Of a DNA stretch of 17,166 nucleotides, positions 10,541-17,166 are shown in pieces. Where the stretch lies: the NCBI RefSeq assembly GCF_006345805.1, contig NW_021824918.1, forward strand, positions 1 through 17,166, given 5' to 3'. Numbering within the stretch: position 1 is the first letter of the stretch; each line of letters begins with the position of its first letter. The translations under genes and the position numbers were made by a program. Origin of the DNA: Octopus sinensis. Its lineage: Eukaryota. The notes below the pieces were generated by a model. It saw only the letters and a program-made list of their open reading frames with translations. It searched no databases and had not been told where the DNA came from.

Positions 10541-10700
10541 CACAATCACTTAGGAGATATTGATTTCTTCGATGACATTGTCTGTCTCTCCTAGTGCCAC
10601 ATTGACATGGAGGAGAAGTCACAGCAATGAAAGTAACATACATGCAAGTTGACCTGAAATTCAACATCAGGAAAGCAAAATGCATGAGAGTGGGTGTGAC
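10541..10700 (+). pseudogene. Decayed reverse-transcriptase fragment of an RTE-clade LINE
   Basis: Translates as HNHLGDIDFFDDIVCLS*CHIDMEEKSQQ / (frameshift) KVTYMQVDLKFNIRKAKCMRVG. This matches the RTE pattern L.DLDFADD..LLS....DMQ.K...L......GL.IN..KTK.M, with [F/Y]xDD at 10565-10576. A weaker upstream match (HVTDKVQESCLSVF ~ V.TGVRQGC.LS.F) starts near 10393. Confidence 0.72.
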
Positions 10701-10705
10701 CAACC

Positions 10706-10817
10706 GCGTCCCCAAAGTCCACCCCCTCCTCACCGTGGTGGGGACGCTGGCAACGGGTAGCGTCAGAGCTATGCCGTCGGGAACTTCGCTTCCTTGTAGG
10801 GCTACCCAAGGCGGACT
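10706..10817 (+). ncRNA. HDV-like ribozyme candidate, probably inactivated
   Basis: P1 GCGTCCC(CA) 10706-14 / (TG)GGGACGC 10739-47. P2 AGTCC(ACC) 10716-23 / (GGC)GGACT 10810-17. L3-like TCCTCACC 10727-34. GG-CAAC after P1. P4 GGGTAGC 10755-61 / GCTACCC 10801-07. P3 and J4/2 are imperfect. Confidence 0.55.
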
Positions 10818-11092
10818 GGTCTGATACCGAGTGGTATTAGGGCCACAACCTGGTGAAAATCCTTCGACAACCGGCGGATCTTCGGTCGTTCTGCCCTTGC
10901 GTCTGCGGACAATCTGCGGCAAACAGGATGTCTCTACATGCGGGATTGTTGGGGACCGCTTATCAAATCCACATATTCCCACGAAACTTCTTCCATGAAT
11001 TCTCAATGGCGAATACAATGCCTCGAGGGTGGTGGAAGAAGCCGACTCAACCCGCCCAGGGGGAATGTCGCCACAAGTACAAGTAAGTAAGT
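10706..11092 (+). mobile_element. Short GC-rich non-autonomous retroposon-like unit with RTE-type tail
   Basis: GC-rich, hairpin-rich segment ending in ACAAGTACAAGTAAGTAAGT (11073-11092). No tRNA A/B boxes and no convincing ORF. Confidence 0.5.
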
Positions 11093-11093
11093 G

Positions 11094-11345
11094 CATGTCA
11101 GTTTCACAGACCTCAATCGAAGGAGAGGGGCTTTCTCCGTCCGGGTTGCGGATCCGTGAATTAAGCTGCCGGACGAGATAGTGAAGATGCCGACGACCTC
11201 TCGGTTCAAAGACTCTCTTGACCAGAAATGGCCTGAACTCTTTGCATGAACACCCTCCCTGTACATAACTTCATGTCCCCCTACATGGCTTTGCTTCTGC
11301 TTTTTGTGCCAAGAAATTAACAAATTAACAAATAAGAAACAAAAC
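11094..11345 (+). mobile_element. 3' end of a CR1-clade LINE (ORF2 C-terminus plus 3' UTR)
   Basis: Frame 11094-11249 reads HVSFTDLNRRRGAFSVRVADP*IKLPDEIVKMPTTSRFKDSLDQKWPELFA*, matching the CR1 motif RR.FFS.RV...WN.LP..VV......FK..LD..W. 3' hairpin CATGT/ACATG and 8-bp repeat (AAATTAAC)2 at 11314-11329. Confidence 0.8.
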
Positions 11346-11498
11346 AAAGAGATGGGAAGCGATGACAATAACGGGGTGGGCTGAAAAGATCAGAACATCA
11401 AAGCAAGGATTGGGGAAAGCAACAGTTGCCTTCAGGATGCTTAGACCTGTCTAAAGATCAGAGACCCTGTTAACAAACTCAAGACTATCTTTACACAA

Positions 11499-11646
11499 TT
11501 CAAAGGGCCAACCTTGTCATATTCTGTGTTACATTGACAATCCCTGAACATCACGTTAAGGGTAAGCGTGTATGTGGAGTACTTACGTACTTGCACGTTA
11601 ACTTTACGCCCCTGCTGTTCTGTTGATTGTAACCAAGGGAATGCCG
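11499..11646 (+). mobile_element. Diverged SINE 3' domain ('family D')
   Basis: ccttgtcatattctgtgttacattgacaatccctgaacatcacgtt aligns with ccttgttacattgtgcatcacactgaatctccctgagaaattcgtt at 16070-16115. Confidence 0.6.
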
Positions 11647-11665
11647 TTTGTTACATACATAAATT

Positions 11666-11907
11666 AAAGACCCTCTTCGGTCGTGAATGACCATGGGATT
11701 GCACCTAGAAAGTCCCTTCCGAAGCACAAGTCCGGGCAAGGTTGTTTGGGGAAGACCAGAAATCGCCCATACATAGCAATCTCCCTTCTCCAGGCCACCG
11801 ATGTTGTCCAAGGGAAAGACAAAGGGGCCGATACAGCTTGGCACCAGGGACGTCGCAACTCATTTCTACAGTGGAATAAACTGAATCAACGTGAAATGAA
11901 GTGTCTT
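11666..11907 (-). mobile_element. Body of a CORE-type SINE ('family C'), interrupted by a family A SINE
   Basis: Minus strand begins aagacacttcatttcacgttgattcagtttattccactgtagaaatgag, homologous to aagacactttacttcacgtttttccaggccactcagctgg at 15995-16035. Its head lies at 12327-12391. Confidence 0.7.
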
Positions 11908-12313
11908 CCTCTTTTACTCTGTTACTTGTTTCAGTCATTTGACTGCGGCCATGCTGGAGCACCGCCTTTAGTCGAGCAACTCGACCCCGGGACTTATTCT
12001 TTGTAAGCCCAGTACTTATTCTATCGGTCTCTTTTCCCGAACCGCTAAGTGACGGGGACGTAAACATACCAGCATCGGTTGTCGAGCAATGCTAGGGGGA
12101 CAAACACTGACTCACAAACACATACACACACATACATATATATATATATATACATATATACGACAGGCTTCTTTCAGTTTCCGTCTACCAAATCCACTCA
12201 CAAGGCATTGGTCGATCCGAGGCTATAGCAGAAGACACTTGCCCAAGATGCCACGCAGTGGGACTGAACCCGGAACCATGTGGTTGGTTAGCAAGCTACT
12301 TACCACACAGCCA
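11908..12313 (-). mobile_element. Family A SINE, full length
   Basis: A-box TGGCTGTGTGG (12313-12303), B-box GGTTCAGTCCC, CORE-like segment, (TA)n/(TG)n linker and AGTAAAAGAG tail. Confidence 0.92.
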
Positions 12314-12326
12314 CTACAGCTTGGTA

Positions 12327-12391
12327 CGGGAATCGAACACGCTACCTCACGATTGTAAGCTCCACGCTCTTACCACACCGAGCCATGCACC
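12327..12391 (-). mobile_element. tRNA-like head of the family C SINE
   Basis: Minus strand TGGCTCGGTGTGG ... GTGTTCGATTCCCG. Homologous to the head at 15674-15729. Confidence 0.7.
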
Positions 12392-12394
12392 TGC

Positions 12395-12765
12395 ACACAC
12401 ACACACACACACAAACTCGCACACGCACACACACACAAAAACTCACACGCATACACACAAGCTCACACACACACACGCAAACTCACACGCACACACACAC
12501 ACACACACCACACGTACACACATACACACACACAAACTCACATACACACACACAAACTCACATACACACACACACACAAACTCGCACACACACACACACA
12601 CACAAACTCACACGCATACACACAAGCTCACACACACACACACACACAAACTCTCACGCACACACACACACACAAACTCACACACACACACACCACACGT
12701 ACACACACATACACACACACACACGCACACACTCATATATACACATACGCACACGCTCGAACACA
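12395..12765. repeat. (CA)n tract with a higher-order internal duplication
   Basis: The block aaactcgcac...aaactcacacgcatacacacaagctcac...ccacacgtacacac occurs twice (~12413-12535 and ~12578-12720). Confidence 0.85.
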
Positions 12766-12800
12766 CTGAGGCACTGAAAGGCACGCACAACGCACACACA

Positions 12801-12950
12801 TCCTCTTTTACTCGTTCCAGTCATAACACTCTGGCCATGCTGGAGCACCGCGTCAGTGGCTATAGTTAATTACATTGCATACAGTACATATTTTATCGAC
12901 AACGGAAGGAGGGAAAACAAATTAAATGTGAACCCGGGTGGGGTTTTAAA
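12801..12950 (-). mobile_element. Old SINE remnant combining a family A-like tail with a family B-like central domain
   Basis: ctctttttactcgttccagtcat...ggccatgctggagcaccgc (A tail) followed by cagtacatattttatcgacaacggaaggagggaaaac (decayed ttatcgaccccgaaaggatgaaaggc). Confidence 0.5.
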
Positions 12951-13084
12951 TTTAGGAAGTAAAGTACCCGTCACTAATCCTAACAAGGTAATTTGTCTAA
13001 TTCTCCTATATACACACCCGCCCTGTTTTGGCGTGTATGGCCTTTTTACAATGTTACATACATTCATGTAAACACACGGTCACA

Positions 13085-13123
13085 AACACACATTTGTACA
13101 CATATATAGATCGACAGATACAT

Positions 13124-13157
<34 letters not shown>

Positions 13158-13378
13158 GAATACGTACAGATGTACATATATACATATAACATCAATATAT
13201 ATATATATATAGCTACATTTATGCATGCATACATACGTATGAACATTTATCAAGACATATACGCGCGTGTGTGTGTATGTGCGTTGTATATATATATATA
13301 TATATATACGTACAAATATACTTTTACATGTACATGTACATATAATACATATACATACATACATACATATACATATAT

Positions 13379-13410
<32 letters not shown>

Positions 13411-13600
13411 GATAGATAGATAGATAGATATATAAATATAACACACATGTATAAGCATGCATATATATATATATATATATGTGTGTGCGTGTGAGTGTAT
13501 GTAGATATATACATACATACATACACACACACTCACACACACACACACACACACACATGCAAATATATACAAATACTCCTACATATGAATTCGTATATAC
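13085..13600. repeat. Compound (TA)n/(TACA)n/(GATA)n/(CA)n tract
   Basis: Direct reading. Confidence 0.93.
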
Positions 13601-13751
13601 AAACATGAGTCGCTGGTTGTTGTCGTTGTCAAAATTCCAATAAAGGAATTATGTTTCTATGTTGGACACTGTTTCTGTTTTATGAGGAATTTTGGAAATT
13701 TAAACCAAAAAAACATGTTTTTTTCCCTTTTAAGATGTAGTCGTGGGAGTG

Positions 13752-13964
13752 CTTTACTCTTTTACTCTTTTACTTGTTTCAGTCATTTGACTGCGGCCAT
13801 GCTGGAGCACCGCCTTTTAGTCGAGCAAATCGACCCCGGGACTTATTCTTTTGTAAGCCCAGTACTTATTCTATCGGTCTCTTTTGCCGAACCGCTAAGT
13901 TACGGGGACGTAAACACACCAGCATCGGTTGTCAAGCAATGCTAGGGGGACAAACACAGACACA

Positions 13965-14014
<50 letters not shown>

Positions 14015-14152
14015 CATATATACGACAGGCTTCTTTCAGTTTCCGTCTACCAAATCCACTCCCAAGGCATTAGTCGGCCCGGGGCTATAGCAGAAGACAC
14101 TTGCCCAAGATGCCACGCAGTGGGACTGAACCCGGAACCATGTGGTTGGTTA
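13752..14152 (-). mobile_element. Family A SINE, 5'-truncated head
   Basis: Near-identical to 11908-12290. Ends before the A-box. Confidence 0.92.
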
Positions 14153-14319
14153 ACTAAATAAAGTGGAGTCCTTCAACCTTCACGTATTTGACCATGGCTG
14201 AGAGAGAGAGAGAGGAAGAGAGGGGGAGATATTGAACTGGGGTTTTAAGAAGAGAAGGAGACAGAAGAAGAAGAAAAGAAGAAGAAGAACAACAACAATA
14301 ACAACTGACCTTAATAGGA

Positions 14320-14390
14320 CGTCGGTGAATGGTTGAAGTTGACCTCGATGCGAGTGAAACGAAATACCGAGAAATTTTCCATCCGAATTA
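14320..14390 (-). mobile_element. Highly diverged family B-like fragment
   Basis: gaagttgacctcg...aaacgaaataccg resembles aaagtcgacctcgg...gacgaaataccg. Confidence 0.35.
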
Positions 14391-14464
14391 TCATCTCTTT
14401 TGTGGTCGACAAATAAAGTCGCAGTCTAGTTTTAGACTTGATTCATCCTCCCCTTGTTGCCGTT

Positions 14465-14548
14465 AATCATAATCATCATCATCATCATCACCATCTTCAC
14501 CACCACCACCACCACCACCACCTCCACCACCACCATCATCATCATCAT

Positions 14549-14591
<43 letters not shown>

Positions 14592-14630
14592 TTCACCACC
14601 ACCACCACCACCACCACAACCACCACCACC

Positions 14631-14661
<31 letters not shown>

Positions 14662-14837
14662 CCATCATCAACATCATCATCGTCATCATCATCACCTTTT
14701 TCTTCTCCCTCTCCACATTCATCTTTTTCTTCTTCTTCTTCTTCTTCTTCTTTTCCTCCTCTTCCTCCTCCTCCTTCTTCTTCTTCTTCTTCTTCTTCTT
14801 CTTCTTCTTCTTCTTCTTCTCTTCTTCTTCTTCTTCA
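14465..14837. repeat. Compound triplet microsatellite (CAT/CAC)n then (CTT/CCT)n
   Basis: Direct reading. Confidence 0.97.
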
Positions 14838-14872
14838 GACGAAATAAGGTTTTCTGTTTGTTCTTAAACGAT

Positions 14873-15294
14873 ATTTTTTTTTACTACCCACAAGGGGCTA
14901 AACACAGAGGGGACAAACAAGGACAGACAAACGGATTAAGTCGATTATATCGACCGACCGCAGTGCGTAACTGATACTTATTTAATCGACCCCAAAAAGA
15001 TGAAAGGGAAAGTCGACCTCGGCGGAATTTGAATTCAGAACGTAGCAGCAGACGAAATACCTATTTCTTTACTACCCACAAGGGGCTAAACACAGAGAGG
15101 ACAAACAAGGACAGACAAACGGATTAAGTCGATTACATCGACCCCAGTGCGTCACTGGTACTTATTTAATCGACACCGAAAGGATGAAAGCAAAGTCGAC
15201 CTCGGCGGAATTTGAACTCAGAACGTAGGTGGCAGACGAAATACCGCTAAGCATTTCGCCCGGTGTGCTAACGTTTCTGCCAACTTGCCGCCTT
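14873..15294 (-). mobile_element. Family B SINE dimer: one head plus two bodies
   Basis: GAAATAC at 15054 and 15238 (period 184). Junction GAAATAC-CTATTTC. Head at 15245-15294. Confidence 0.9.
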
Positions 15295-15341
15295 ATAAGG
15301 ATCACATATAAATAAATTGATCTGCTATTTGTTGTGTGTAA

Positions 15342-15640
15342 TCTTTATATATAAAAGTAAGGTTGTGTGTCTGTCTACTCCGATTTAGATTCCTAACGAC
15401 TCCCACATTTTTCGGTGCAGTTTAACCAAAAGCGGGTATCTTATAGTCGTGATTCATATCGAGCCCTTCTGGGTATTAGCGCGCGTCTACAATGAATCTA
15501 CGATTTAAAAAAAAAATTACCATAATTTTTTCCCATTTTTAATGCATTTTTTTGCTATTATATAAGAGAAGTAACTCTCTAAAAATGCTTATATAGTTAT
15601 TTCCCTTACAAACCCGAGCAACGCCGGGCGATACTGCTAA
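15342..15640 (+). mobile_element. Non-autonomous Helitron-type element
   Basis: A|TCTTTATATATAAA start. Hairpin CCCG-AGCAACGC-CGGG (15613-15628), 8 nt spacer, CTAA|T end. Confidence 0.8.
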
Positions 15641-15673
15641 TATGATATAAGGTATTATGCGTTGTTAGTGAAA

Positions 15674-16114
15674 GTGTGTGGCTTAAGGTGATTGGCTCGT
15701 GATCGCAAGGTCGTGAGTTCGATTCCCGGCGGAGTGTTGTGTCCTTCAAATCTTCAAAGCCACAAATCTTCAAAGGCAATTTCTACTCTTCTCCTCTTGA
15801 AGCCATCTACTCGCGATACCAGAGGACGCACACTCTCCTACCCTGATGTAATCTCCAGGGATACAGGCATCCAGCAACAGGACCTTCGTAATGCTGTGAT
15901 GGACAAGAAGTCTGGCGTAGCATGGTAAATTCCATTGTCTCGACCACAGTCGAACAATGATGATGATGATGATGATGATGATGTGTCCTTGCATAAGACA
16001 CTTTACTTCACGTTTTTCCAGGCCACTCAGCTGGCAATAATGAATAGTATTTGTAACTGAGCGAGGCAGCCTTGTTACATTGTGCATCACACTGAATCTC
16101 CCTGAGAAATTCGT
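15674..16114 (+). mobile_element. CORE-type SINE (family C head and CORE, family D 3' domain) split by an RTE insertion and truncated by a family A SINE
   Basis: B-box GAGTTCGATTCCC (15715-15727), TTGTGTCCTT, [insert], then GCATAAGACACTTTACTTCACG... continuing to 16114. Confidence 0.78.
15747..15981 (+). mobile_element. 5'-truncated RTE-clade LINE 3' end with (ATG)n tail and 9-bp TSD
   Basis: Translates as AISTLLLLKPSTRDTRGRTLSYPDVISRDTGIQQQDLRNAVMDK, then frameshift to WRSMVNSIVSTTVEQ*, like the RTE C-terminus (..LW.P...R.RGR...Y.D.I..D......L...M.DR..WR..V). TSD TGTGTCCTT at 15738-15746 and 15982-15990. Confidence 0.85.
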
Positions 16115-16519
16115 TGGCTGTGTGGTAAGTAGCTTGCTTACCAACCACATGGTTCTGGGTTCAGTCCCACTGCGTGGCACCTTGGGCAAGTGTCTTCTGC
16201 TATAGCCTCGGGCCGACCAAAGCCTTGGGAGTGAATTTGGTAGACGGAAACTGAAAGAAGCCCGTCATATATATGTATATATATATATGTATGTGTGTGC
16301 ATGTATATGTTTGTGTGTCTGTGTTTGTGCCCCCCAACATCACTTGACAACCGATGCTGGTGTGTTTACATCCCCGTAACATAGTGGTTCGGCAAAAGAG
16401 ACCGATAGAATAAGTACTGGGCTTACAAAGAATAAGTCCTGGGGTCGATTTGCTCGACTAAAGGCGGTGCTCTAGCATGGCCGCAGTCAAATGACTTAAA
16501 CAAGTAAAAGAGCAAAGAG
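16115..16519 (+). mobile_element. Family A SINE, full length
   Basis: A-box TGGCTGTGTGG at 16115, B-box GGTTCAGTCCC, CORE-like segment and AGTAAAAGAG tail. Confidence 0.92.
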
Positions 16520-16856
16520 CAATTCTGGAAAATCTATGATTTTCAAACAAGCGAAGTATACATTTACCACTCTCTATACCAATACAAGTTAACGTATAAC
16601 AATGAATTTCATATTATTTGTACGTCGGTTGTCTATTTTACACTTTCTTTAATAAATATGTTCAAATTGCAGTTACTCGTCTTCAGATTAGTTCCGTATT
16701 TATGAGACGACCAGTATAATCTGCGAACGGAGTAATGAAATATATGTGACACTGGCATGTAAATCCATCGCCGTTCTTCTCTGTTCATGCAATCTAAATT
16801 CCTATCTAAATTGGTGCTTTGTTTCTTTCACTGAAACAAAGCACTTCTTTGAAAAA

Positions 16857-17071
<215 letters not shown>

Positions 17072-17166
17072 GTGTCTGTGAGTATGTAAACAACTTTCCT
17101 TTCACGGTGACACTTATATTCTTGCTCTTTCGAAGCTTCTTGAAAACTCTTTGTGTTTCTAGTTTG

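Noticed and set aside
10515-11096. 193-aa minus-strand ORF (and 11003-11368)
   Set aside because: Antisense to GC-rich retroelement pieces whose sense strand is +. No recognisable protein motif.
11700-11800. Possible HDV-like fold in the family C body (GGGCGA/TTGCCC followed by GG, minus strand)
   Set aside because: No P3, L3 or P2 could be placed in the required order.
14432-14974. 178-aa poly-His/Leu/Phe ORF and its overlapping frames
   Set aside because: A compound triplet microsatellite running into a SINE tail.
16115-16170. tRNA gene, and similar heads at 10152-10201, 12260-12313, 12327-12391 and 15674-15729
   Set aside because: A- and B-boxes are present, but there is no complete cloverleaf and each runs into a SINE body.

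Overview
AT-rich, non-coding eukaryotic DNA (intron or intergenic). By rough tally about a quarter is simple repeats: (TA)n, (CATA)n, (ATCT)n, (CA)n, (GA)n, (CAT/CAC)n and (CTT)n. No host protein-coding exon can be supported; nearly all ORF-track entries are microsatellite translations or antisense reads of repeats. The repeat content resembles an Octopus (cephalopod) genome. This is recognition from memory, not a database result. Contents: (i) several tRNA-derived SINE families; (ii) decayed RTE- and CR1-clade LINE fragments; (iii) two Helitron-type non-autonomous elements with shared termini; (iv) a mariner-type MITE. The most interesting signals are RNA-structural. First, an HDV-like nested double-pseudoknot candidate (10706-10817) heads a ~385-nt unit ending in an RTE-like (AAGT)n tail. 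Second, a minimal type I hammerhead ribozyme with a palindromic stem III lies on the minus strand (7157-7203), with a possible second decayed core at 5285-5343. Third, a SINE occurs as one head plus 184-bp head-to-tail bodies joined at a palindromic junction; the tetramer at 9418-10201 sits inside a single 14-bp target-site duplication.
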